DNA of 33,355 nt, taken from positions 139,576-172,930 of IMG/VR virus record IMGVR_UViG_3300050187_000003. The stretch is one strand, 5' to 3'. Each line of letters opens with the position of its first letter. Positions within the stretch are counted from its first letter, which is position 1. Both the position numbers and the translations under genes were made by a program. The notes below the pieces were generated by a model. That model was not told the DNA's origin and made no database searches. It saw nothing but the letters and a program-made list of their open reading frames with translations. Positions 26,276 through 33,355 of this stretch are shown piece by piece. Origin of the DNA: a virus (taxonomy: Duplodnaviria > Heunggongvirae > Uroviricota > Caudoviricetes).

Positions 26276-26900
26276 GCGGCTTCCCAGATGGTCAGCCCGC
26301 AGCCCCACGTCTTGTCGATGCCGACCCCGGAGTGGAGCCGGTCCCGCATCGCCGCCGGGTCAACAACCTGCCACAGCGCCCGAACGACGACCCGACGGAC
26401 GGTGATGGTGCGGCCGGTGCGATGCCGTCCCTTGACCGTTTCTGCGCGGCTAGCGGTGAAGTCGAGCAGGTTCGCGCCATCGATGCGCCGTTCCAGCCAC
26501 GCCGCCTGCTCAACCGGGGTGGTGTACAGGGTCGGCGGGGCGTTCAACCGCTTCCGGTCCGGTTGGGCCGCGGTGGGTCCGCCGGTGGTGCCGTGCCTGG
26601 CCGGGTAACGACCGCGACCATCCGCCACACACCGGCCCGGTCCGGGACGTGCCATGGGCGGGACGCGATGACGCTGGCGTAGCCGCGGGGAAGCCGCGCT
26701 GCGGTGATCGGTTCGGGGGCGCGGATAACGAGCGCGTACCGCTGCGGCTGCGCCCACAAGACCCGGGCATCGTGGTCAGGCATGCCGACGGTGGCGTCGA
26801 TGATCCACCCATGCATGCGGCACAGGTCAGCGGTTTCGGCGCGAACCTCCGGATGGTCGCCGTTCAGGGTCAACGAGGTGAGTACCGGCTCCGCAGTCAC
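26272..26900 (-). pseudogene. cas6e: Cas6e (Cse3/CasE)-like endoribonuclease split by a 1-nt deletion near 26606
   Basis: N-half in ORF 26544..27194 (LTSLTLN..HP.VR....D...MH...RVLW) and C-half in ORF 26272..26757 (EQ.AWLERR, V.DP......L.SGVGIDKTWGCGL). Inserting one A gives RMVAVVNP (the ANP motif) and a 209-aa protein. Confidence 0.8.
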
Positions 26901-27003
26901 CGGCACCACCAGCCCGGGATAGGCCGAGACAGGGCGCGGCGGCGGTGGATGCGGCGGACCTTCGCGACTACGGCGGCGTGCCGAACCCAGCGTTCCAGAT
27001 CGC

Positions 27004-27279
27004 TCACCGCACCCACCGATCCGGGTCACCGTTCGGCAGTCCACGGCGGATCCCGCCACGCTGGTCTGCCTGGTCGTCGTACCGGCGTGGGATGGCGTGG
27101 ATGTGCAGGTGATGAACGGCGCGCCCGGCGGCGGTGCCGTCGTTGATGCCGATGTTCCAGCCGTCCGCGTCCGGAACGCTGCGGCGGACCGCATGGAGCA
27201 GGTCCCACATGTCGGCCCGCTCGGCGGCGGTGGCGTCGAAAATGCTCAGGACGTGAAGGCGGCAGGCGGTGTCGGTCAC
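27004..27279 (-). CDS. HIT-family nucleotide hydrolase, apparently N-terminally deleted
   Basis: WNIGINDGTAAGRAVHHLHIHAIPR histidine triad; lacks the usual N-terminal CxxC...GH segment. Confidence 0.8.
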   Translation of the reverse strand: MTDTACRLHVLSIFDATAAERADMWDLLHAVRRSVPDADGWNIGINDGTAAGRAVHHLHIHAIPRRYDDQADQRGGIRRGLPNGDPDRWVR

Positions 27280-27614
27280 CGCGCAGCCCTTCCGCTACGA
27301 AGCCGTTCGGTCGCGTCGTCTGGCATCGGCGAGCGCCACACCTCGTCGTCGCGTTTCACCATCCCGAACAGGGTCGGGTCGACGCACCGACCGTTGTCGC
27401 GGTGGCGGTCGAAGTTCGTCACCCCACCGAAGGTCATGTGGCAGACCGAGTAGTGCGCCTGCGATGGGGTTAGTGTCCGGCAGTCGGGTCCGCAGCGTGA
27501 CCCGAGCCGTCGTTCCGCGTTACACCGCAGACTACTGACGCCCGTTTGGCATTCAATGGTGGCAACGGTCGGAGTGGTGGGGTTCGTCGCTGCAGATTCG
27601 CTCTGAGGATTCAT
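27276..27614 (-). CDS. FDXHR-type phage zinc-binding protein
   Basis: AHYSVCHMTFGGVTNFDRHR...RCVDP; the usual first Cys of HCxxCH is Tyr here. Confidence 0.7.
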   Translation of the reverse strand: MNPQSESAATNPTTPTVATIECQTGVSSLRCNAERRLGSRCGPDCRTLTPSQAHYSVCHMTFGGVTNFDRHRDNGRCVDPTLFGMVKRDDEVWRSPMPDDATERLRSGRAAR

Positions 27615-27972
27615 CGGGATCTCCTTCGTCGTCGAGTAGGTCGAACAGGTTCAGTCCGTTGTCGGGTGGCGGTAGTCCGGGTGCCCGGATTCGGGGCCGC
27701 GGCGTTGGGGTCAGCCCGGCGCGGCGTGCGCATGTGATCCCCCTGCCCTGGATTACCGGCCCGGTTCGGATCCACCGGCGGCAGCACGCGCAGCGCACGG
27801 GTAGGATCGGGCCGGGGATCAGGGCGTTCGTCGCCGGTCCCGCGTGCGCTGCCGCGGTGTGGCCCGGGCTGTGCGATGGGGTGTGGCGGTGCGTGGTCTG
27901 GTCGGCGAGCATCGCCTTCACGGTCCGGTCATGATCGCGCATGGCGCGGTCGTCGGGACGGTCACGCCGCAC
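27553..27972 (-). CDS. Zn-finger hypothetical protein (DUF6011-like)
   Basis: RCACCRRWI.......G.G.TCARRAG. Confidence 0.45.
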   Translation of the reverse strand: MRRDRPDDRAMRDHDRTVKAMLADQTTHRHTPSHSPGHTAAAHAGPATNALIPGPILPVRCACCRRWIRTGPVIQGRGITCARRAGLTPTPRPRIRAPGLPPPDNGLNLFDLLDDEGDPDESSERICSDEPHHSDRCHH

Positions 27973-29272
27973 CGCCGAATATGGGCAGCGCGCCCTGGAT
28001 CGGCTTCCGCAGCCGGGCTGCGATCAGCGGCAGGTAGTCAGGGTTGCTTTCCATGCCGACAAACCGGAAGCCCTCGACCATGCACGCCTCTGCGGTCGTC
28101 CCCGACCCGAGGAACGGATCCACGACCAGGCCGCCGGGCTGAGTGACGAGCCGGACTAACCATCGCATCAACCCGAGCGGCTTCACGCTCACGTGCTGCT
28201 CACCGTTGGCGCCGCGGGGCCGCTCTCCGCTGGCGGCTTTGGCCTCAAATCGGAAGACGGGGAAGAACCGCGACGCGCCGCCGTGGTCGTTGTACTCGGC
28301 GCCGGTTACGGTAGTGCGCCACCCGTTGCCGGGTTTGCCGGTGCGCGGCTCTCCCGCGCTGCTGGTTGACGCGCCGCTCTGCGCGTCCATTTCGGCAACT
28401 GGGCATCCCGTGACGCATCCGTTGGCGCACCCGTCGCCCGTATCACCGGACTTCGGGGCGTGGGACAGGACCACGTTCGTCGGCCACCGCCCGGGAATAC
28501 GGCAGCCGTCCACGTTCAGCGCCCCGGTGCCGTGCAAGAGCACGTTCTGCGCGACGGTTCCCGCGGGTATCTTCCTGGCGGACACGATGACCTCGTGCGC
28601 CGGCTTGAGGGCGGTCCCCCATCCTGACCACTTCAAAGCCGCCGCGGTCGCTGGCCGGGTGATCGGGTACGCCTCCGGTGTCAAGTTGGTCAGGTTCGGC
28701 CGGTAGCCGGACGCAACTCGCCTGACACGTTCCAGGCTTGACGCGCCAGCGCGTCCGGTGCCGATCACCTCGCGTTCGGCGCCTGCCTGTCTGTCGATGG
28801 CCGCCGACACGTCATGGCTTTTCGGCATTCCCTGCGCGTAGATCCATTTGATGCTGTCGCGGATTTCGAACCCGGACAGCCGGATCGACATGGTCATCAG
28901 GTCCGCTGTCCGGGACGCGGCGAACGCCAGCAGATGACCGCCCGGCTTCAACACCCGCCAGCACTCATCCCACACCGCTGGCGGCGGCACGAACCGATCC
29001 CACCGTCGGCCCATGAACCCCTTTCCGTCCGGGACGTGCTCGCGGTCTCCGGACAGCCACGCCCGCAACGCGGCCTCGATCACGCGCGGGTGGTGGTCGG
29101 AAAGCCCGTACGGCGGATCCGTCACAATGGCGTCGACCGACTCGGCGGGCATCCGACGTAGCGCGTCGAGGCAGTCCTCGCCGTAGACAACGGCCGCCCC
29201 GTCTGCATAGTACATGACGGGGCCTGCCGTCCCGGGGTCCGAACGGCGGGCGTGGAGGTTGTGGGGGTGCAT
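27962..29272 (-). CDS. DNA N6-adenine/N4-cytosine methyltransferase (beta class)
   Basis: IVTDPPY, RVLKPGG, H..VKP..LMRWLVRL and VVDPFLGSGTT. May start at ATG 29216 (MYYADG). Confidence 0.95.
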   Translation of the reverse strand: MHPHNLHARRSDPGTAGPVMYYADGAAVVYGEDCLDALRRMPAESVDAIVTDPPYGLSDHHPRVIEAALRAWLSGDREHVPDGKGFMGRRWDRFVPPPAVWDECWRVLKPGGHLLAFAASRTADLMTMSIRLSGFEIRDSIKWIYAQGMPKSHDVSAAIDRQAGAEREVIGTGRAGASSLERVRRVASGYRPNLTNLTPEAYPITRPATAAALKWSGWGTALKPAHEVIVSARKIPAGTVAQNVLLHGTGALNVDGCRIPGRWPTNVVLSHAPKSGDTGDGCANGCVTGCPVAEMDAQSGASTSSAGEPRTGKPGNGWRTTVTGAEYNDHGGASRFFPVFRFEAKAASGERPRGANGEQHVSVKPLGLMRWLVRLVTQPGGLVVDPFLGSGTTAEACMVEGFRFVGMESNPDYLPLIAARLRKPIQGALPIFGGAA

Positions 29273-29292
29273 GGCGGCTCCCGGGGGTTGGG

Positions 29293-29319
29293 GCCGGCCG
29301 CCCCGGGTGGGCGGCCGGC
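29293..29319. terminator. Perfect 11-bp GC stem-loop (possible terminator or RNA-processing site)
   Basis: GCCGGCCGCCC-CGGGT-GGGCGGCCGGC in the intergenic gap; no U-tract. Confidence 0.4.
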
Positions 29320-29337
29320 GCGATGGCGGTCAGGTGG

Positions 29338-29454
29338 TTAGCCGGCCCACAGCCAGGTGAGGCCGGCGGCGAGGGTGAGGGTGAGGGTGGCGGTGGCGAG
29401 GAGTTCGCCGCAGCCACGGGTGTGCGGTGTGGGACCACGCTCCGAGCTGCTCAT
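29338..29454 (-). CDS. Small membrane peptide (38 aa)
   Basis: ATGA-coupled to the C5-MTase stop; MSSSERGPTPHTRGCGELLATATLTLTLAAGLTWLWAG* has a hydrophobic C-terminal helix. Confidence 0.45.
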   Translation of the reverse strand: MSSSERGPTPHTRGCGELLATATLTLTLAAGLTWLWAG

Positions 29455-30632
29455 GGTGTGTCCGCTGCCAGCAGACGCAGAGCGGTAGGCCATGTTGGCA
29501 GCGTCGGCAACGCGAGCATGACCTGCTGACCGACCACACCGTTTCCCGCGATCCGGATCACGTCACCACGCGGCACCACATCGGTGATCCAACCCGAACG
29601 CAGGCCCATCATCCACTCGCAGAACGAGGCCGTCAGCCGCGGCCTGCCCAGCCGGCCGGGCTCCGTCGGGTCCGGTGCGGCGAACCCGAAAACGAGCTCC
29701 TGCTGTCGGACGGCGGCGGCGTACCGGCCGAAACGGGACGGCAGCATCAGGTCACCGGATGAACCCCGCTGATTCGGGCCGCCCTTGTTCGCGTCCGATG
29801 ACCGCGGTGTCGGCAACAGCGCAGCCACCTCGGACAGCGGACGCCCGGGGCGCTCACCCCACCCCGACCCGCGACTCGCGTCTCGCGCTGTCGGAGTCGG
29901 CAGCGGCTGCCACGACGGTGGTGCCTCGTCCCACGACCGCAACTCGCGCGGCAGGTCACCCCGGTCAGCGCCGCACGTCTCCACCGGCAACGGCCACACC
30001 AGCCCGGCACGGGACACCCCCGACGCAGGCCACCTCACCGCCTCGACATCACCGAACAGCACATCCTGGACCGGCGCCCAGGCGCCGCCGTGGCGCGACG
30101 CGACCGGCTCCGCCGGCGGCACCGCCACCGCATCCGACCGGACCGCCAGCACGAACAGGCGGTGCCGGTGATGGCAGGCACCGACCCGGCACGCCCCGAC
30201 CGTCGTCCACGCCGTCGAATAGCCCAACATGTCCAGATCTGCGAGGATGCGCGCGAACACCGCTCCCCGTCCGACCGTCAGCAGTCCGGGCACGTTTTCC
30301 AACACGGCGACCGCCGGCATCAGTGCCTCAACCGCGGGCAGGACCCCGGTTGGCCAGAGGTGCCGCTCGTCGCCGGCTCCCCCTTGTTTGCCGGCGTTGG
30401 AGAATGGCTGGCAGGGGAAACCGGCGCCGAGCACGTCGACCGGCTGGATGGTCGGCCAGTCCACGGCGGCAACGTCGCCCAGGTTCGGCACGTCGGGCCA
30501 GTGCCGAACCAGCACCCGCGACGCCGCATCGTCCAACTCGGCCTGCCATGCGGTGTTCGCGCCGAACAGGCACTCCAGGGCGCTGTCCAGCATCCCGGCG
30601 CCGCTGCACAGTGACCCGATTCGGATGGTCAT
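29451..30632 (-). CDS. DNA (cytosine-5)-methyltransferase
   Basis: ATG 30632; IGSLCSGAG, GFPCQPFS.AG (catalytic PC), LENV.GL, H.RHRLF, LPTP repeats and GNGVV. Confidence 0.95.
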   Translation of the reverse strand: MTIRIGSLCSGAGMLDSALECLFGANTAWQAELDDAASRVLVRHWPDVPNLGDVAAVDWPTIQPVDVLGAGFPCQPFSNAGKQGGAGDERHLWPTGVLPAVEALMPAVAVLENVPGLLTVGRGAVFARILADLDMLGYSTAWTTVGACRVGACHHRHRLFVLAVRSDAVAVPPAEPVASRHGGAWAPVQDVLFGDVEAVRWPASGVSRAGLVWPLPVETCGADRGDLPRELRSWDEAPPSWQPLPTPTARDASRGSGWGERPGRPLSEVAALLPTPRSSDANKGGPNQRGSSGDLMLPSRFGRYAAAVRQQELVFGFAAPDPTEPGRLGRPRLTASFCEWMMGLRSGWITDVVPRGDVIRIAGNGVVGQQVMLALPTLPTWPTALRLLAADTP

Positions 30633-31420
30633 GACGCCCAGCCGTCCTGGGCGTTGCTGGGGTCCGGTCCGACGGTCACCCACCCGTCGGCATGGGGGGT
30701 GGGGGTTTCGTCGCCCAGGGGGCCGCTGGGCGGGCTGGCGGCCCCCTGGGCGCGCGGCGACGGAACCGGGGTCTCGGCGGTGGAGGAGGTGGGGAGTGTT
30801 TCCTCCGGGGCTGGCGGAGGTAATGCGGGTTCCGGCCGGTCGCCGATTTCCAGGCGGTCGCCGAGGTCGCCGATGGTGATCGGGCAGCCGAGGGCGGCGG
30901 CGAACCCGACCCGGTAGCCCTGCCGGGCGGCGTCGCGGACTGCCTCGCTCTCCCATGCCGCGATGCCGTAGGTGGCGTTGGCGTGAATGGCGGCGAGCTG
31001 GTCGCCGGGGATGTCCTGGCCCTGCGACGGCTGCGGGCGGAGGAGGCGGACGAGGGCGGCGGCGATCGGGTCGTGTGGGGCGGTGACCGGACTGTCGTGC
31101 CAGGAGTCGTACCAGGCGTCGAGCAGCATCGAGATGGCCTCGGCCCGTTCGTCGTCGTCGCGGGCGCCTGCCAGGGCGTGGCGGGTGTTGGCGAGGAGGT
31201 TTTCGGCGGTGGCGCGGGCGTCGTCGTCGAGGTTCTCCACGCAACGCGGCTGCACGGTGTCGGACTGGGCGTACCGGGCGCAGAGTTGGGCGCGGAGGTC
31301 GGTGTTCTCGGCGGTGAGTCGGTCTCGTTCGGCTTCGGCGGTGTTGATGCGGTCGAGGAGGTCGTTGGCGAGGGTGGTGCCGGTGGGCGTCTCGGTGGGC
31401 TGGTCGTGGTCGTCGGTCAT
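30629..31420 (-). CDS. Hypothetical coiled-coil protein, paralog of 33043..33249
   Basis: ATG 31420 after GAGGA; NDLLDRINTAE.ERD.L and DRLEIGDRP are shared with the 68-aa ORF. Confidence 0.65.
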   Translation of the reverse strand: MTDDHDQPTETPTGTTLANDLLDRINTAEAERDRLTAENTDLRAQLCARYAQSDTVQPRCVENLDDDARATAENLLANTRHALAGARDDDERAEAISMLLDAWYDSWHDSPVTAPHDPIAAALVRLLRPQPSQGQDIPGDQLAAIHANATYGIAAWESEAVRDAARQGYRVGFAAALGCPITIGDLGDRLEIGDRPEPALPPPAPEETLPTSSTAETPVPSPRAQGAASPPSGPLGDETPTPHADGWVTVGPDPSNAQDGWAS

Positions 31421-31448
31421 GGGGTGGTCCTCTCGGTGTTGATGGCGG
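31412..31448. repeat. 37-bp perfect direct repeat, copy 1 (copy 2 at 33241-33277)
   Basis: GTCGGTCATGGGGTGGTCCTCTCGGTGTTGATGGCGG occurs at both positions. Confidence 0.95.
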
Positions 31449-31482
31449 TGCGGATTTGGGCGGTGCGGGTCATCGGAGCCGA

Positions 31483-32766
31483 TCATGCCCCGCCTCGGTC
31501 ATCCAGCCCCCCGCCAGACCAAGTCACGATCACGCGGTCCGCGTCAAACGCGCGCCCGACGACCCCTCGCCGAACGCGCAGAGAGCCCAGTTGGCTGAGC
31601 AGAATGTCGCGCCGGACGGTGTCGTCGAGAGCGGCCCGCCAGTGATCCGCGACAGTGTGGCTCCCGTGCGGCTCCTGGCCTCGCTCGGTCAACAGGCGAT
31701 CGATCAGCCATGGCTCGAATCGTCCCCGCGACAGGGTCTGCCGGCAGTGTGGGCACACCAACACAGGCTTGCCCTGGTTGGTGCTACGGCACATCCAGAC
31801 GTTGCAGGGGTCGCAGCGCGCCACCTTCGACAGCAGTGGCGACGTTCGACGTCGGTCGCCGAACGCGCGGCCCTGCGGTCCTTCGCGTGCATTGAGCATC
31901 ATCTGCAACTCCTCGAACTGCTCCCAGGTGATGACCGCGAGCGTCTCATCGATGACCGGGGCGGCGGCGTCGCCGCGGACCACGGCCAGCGGGTTAGCCG
32001 CCTTCCCGGAGCGTGCCCGACCCGGGTTGTGCGGGCGAGCGCCGGCGATAGTGGGGTTGCGCAGCAACTGCTCAACGGTCTGCCGGTGCCAGGTGTGATC
32101 CCCTGACCGGCGTGCGCTGCGCGTCGGCAGGGGTGCCCGCTGATCGGTGAGCCATCGGGCAATCTCGCCGACTGGCCGGCCGTCTTGGCCCTTGCGGACG
32201 ATCAGGGTGAGCCACTCGAACCGGTCCGGGTCGCGCACCAGGGTGCGGCCGGGACCGTCCGTCTTGGCGGCCGACGCATAGCCGTAGGGGACGGTTCCGC
32301 CGACGAACCGGTCGTTGCGGATGAGTGTCGCCCTAGCGGCCTTGATGCGTGCCCGGATGGCCTCAGCTTCCATCTCGCCGAATACGGCGAGCATGATCGC
32401 GAACGCTCGGCCCTGCGGGCTAGTCATGTCGATTGGGTCCTCGACCGCTACCAGGCCCGCGCCGCGCATCTGCAGGGTCTCATCGGCGTGGAGGAAGTCG
32501 AGGACGCGCCGTGCAAGCCGGTCCACCTTCCAGATGATCACGGCGTCGAACTCGGGGGCGCGGAGAAGCGAGCGCCAACCCTTGCGGTCTTCGGGGCGGT
32601 TAGCGGTCGCGGAGACGCCGTCGTCGATGAACTCGCCGACGATCTCCCATCCGCGTGCCTCCGCGTACCTGCGGCACGAGTTGAGTTGCCGCTCGATCGA
32701 GACGGACTCCTCCTTGGTGACACTGAGACGGGCGTAGAGGACACACCGACGCGCGCGGCTATGCAC
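31483..32766 (-). CDS. Large serine recombinase (resolvase + recombinase + Zn-ribbon), short C-terminus
   Basis: GTG 32766; VLYARLS (catalytic Ser), DDGVSA, WKVDRLAR, GG.VPYGY, LLRNP.IAG and CDPC...CPHC; 427 aa. Confidence 0.92.
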   Translation of the reverse strand: MHSRARRCVLYARLSVTKEESVSIERQLNSCRRYAEARGWEIVGEFIDDGVSATANRPEDRKGWRSLLRAPEFDAVIIWKVDRLARRVLDFLHADETLQMRGAGLVAVEDPIDMTSPQGRAFAIMLAVFGEMEAEAIRARIKAARATLIRNDRFVGGTVPYGYASAAKTDGPGRTLVRDPDRFEWLTLIVRKGQDGRPVGEIARWLTDQRAPLPTRSARRSGDHTWHRQTVEQLLRNPTIAGARPHNPGRARSGKAANPLAVVRGDAAAPVIDETLAVITWEQFEELQMMLNAREGPQGRAFGDRRRTSPLLSKVARCDPCNVWMCRSTNQGKPVLVCPHCRQTLSRGRFEPWLIDRLLTERGQEPHGSHTVADHWRAALDDTVRRDILLSQLGSLRVRRGVVGRAFDADRVIVTWSGGGLDDRGGA

Positions 32767-33046
32767 GGGCGGCCTGCCAGTGGTGACCAGCGAAGGTGAC
32801 CCCGCCTGGGGCATAGGCGCCGGCGGCGAGACCCCGGGCCATGGCGGTGAGCACTTTGGCGGACGCCTTGTGGTCGCGGCTTTCGGTGAGTGCGTCAGCG
32901 GATTCGGCGATGATGTCGGTGGCCTCGTGAGCCCATGTCTCCCGGACGGCATCTCGCCGGTCCGGGGACATGGACTCCAGTTGAAGCATGCACAGCGGCA
33001 CGAGGCCGGTGAGCGCCGTGACGATCGCCGTGTCGCGCGGTCTCAC
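32759..33046 (-). CDS. Conserved phage hypothetical protein
   Basis: VPL.ML.L...ARGLAAGAYAPGGVTFAGHHW; overlaps both neighbours. Confidence 0.7.
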   Translation of the reverse strand: MRPRDTAIVTALTGLVPLCMLQLESMSPDRRDAVRETWAHEATDIIAESADALTESRDHKASAKVLTAMARGLAAGAYAPGGVTFAGHHWQAARA

Positions 33047-33249
33047 GGCCGGTCGCCGATTTCCAGGCGGTCGCGGGCCTGGGCGAGGCGCACGCCGTCA
33101 ATCTCGGCGAGGCTGTTCAGCACCTGGTCCACCGCGCGCTGACGTTGGCGGGCATGGGCCAGTTCGGCGGCGAGGTGGTCGCGCTCTTGCTCTGCGGTGG
33201 TGATGCGGTCGAGGAGGTCGTTGATGATGGTCGGCTGGTGGTCGGTCAT
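33043..33249 (-). CDS. Small coiled-coil hypothetical protein
   Basis: ATG with the same RBS as the 31420 gene; 68 aa. Confidence 0.6.
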   Translation of the reverse strand: MTDHQPTIINDLLDRITTAEQERDHLAAELAHARQRQRAVDQVLNSLAEIDGVRLAQARDRLEIGDRP

Positions 33250-33277
33250 GGGGTGGTCCTCTCGGTGTTGATGGCGG
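33241..33277. repeat. 37-bp perfect direct repeat, copy 2
   Basis: Identical to 31412-31448. Confidence 0.95.
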
Positions 33278-33355
33278 GTGTCCTGGCATCTGCGGTGCCA
33301 GGCGGTGGGGGTGGGCGGCCAGGTGGGCCAGGGGTCGGGTTCGGGTTCGGGTGGG

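Larger units (their letters stand above)
1..33355 (-). mobile_element. Internal segment of an actinobacterial temperate phage/prophage (ends not in window)
   Basis: Co-oriented, mostly overlapping genes: terminase, portal, MuF, protease, capsid, neck genes, DNA methyltransferases and serine recombinase; high GC; GGAGG-type RBSs. Confidence 0.95.

Noticed and set aside
26595-26615. Programmed ribosomal frameshift in cas6 (and in the GNAT at 21427)
   Set aside because: No canonical slippery heptamer; a simple indel restores the conserved motifs.
19500-29500. CRISPR array or mini-array near the cas genes
   Set aside because: No regularly spaced 25-40-bp repeats and no I-E-type CCCCGC-N4-GCGGGG hairpin were found by eye in the intergenic gaps. 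A degenerate single repeat or an array outside the window cannot be excluded.
24305-31244. Long N-terminal extensions in the ORF track (e.g. Csf2 from 25459, C5-MTase from 31244; likewise recombinase from 32952 and GT from 3495) as fusion proteins
   Set aside because: The extensions overlap other real genes in a different frame; internal starts with stop/start overlaps fit better.
1-33355. Numerous long plus-strand ORFs (e.g. 13297..14700, 14796..16337, 23519..25075)
   Set aside because: These are antisense shadows of well-supported minus-strand genes in high-GC DNA; they have low-complexity R/P/G composition and no motifs.

Overview
The whole window is an internal segment of a high-GC actinobacterial temperate phage or prophage, with essentially all credible genes on the minus strand. 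In transcription order (right to left) it holds: (1) early/accessory genes, namely a large serine recombinase flanked by two paralogous gene starts, a C5-cytosine and an N6A/N4C DNA methyltransferase, two small Zn-finger proteins and a truncated HIT protein; (2) an array-less type IV-B-like CRISPR-Cas effector operon (frameshifted cas6e-like, csf1, cas11, csf2/Cas7, csf3/Cas5) followed 31 nt later by HTH - conserved hypothetical - IbrA (CysH/PAPS-reductase-like) - frameshifted GNAT - IbrB (ParB/Srx); (3) small regulators; (4) packaging, head and neck genes (terS, terL, portal, MuF-like, protease/scaffold, decoration, major capsid, fibre-like proteins, adaptor, stopper, HK97-gp10, tail terminator); (5) a glycan-modification cassette (three GT2 glycosyltransferases, a sulfotransferase-like protein and a methyltransferase) inside the virion operon. 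The most notable item is the phage-borne Cas6 + type IV-B + IbrAB/GNAT module, possibly an RNA-guided nucleic-acid modification or regulatory system. No CRISPR array, tRNA or rRNA was found. All family calls come from motif recognition by eye; no database searches were run.
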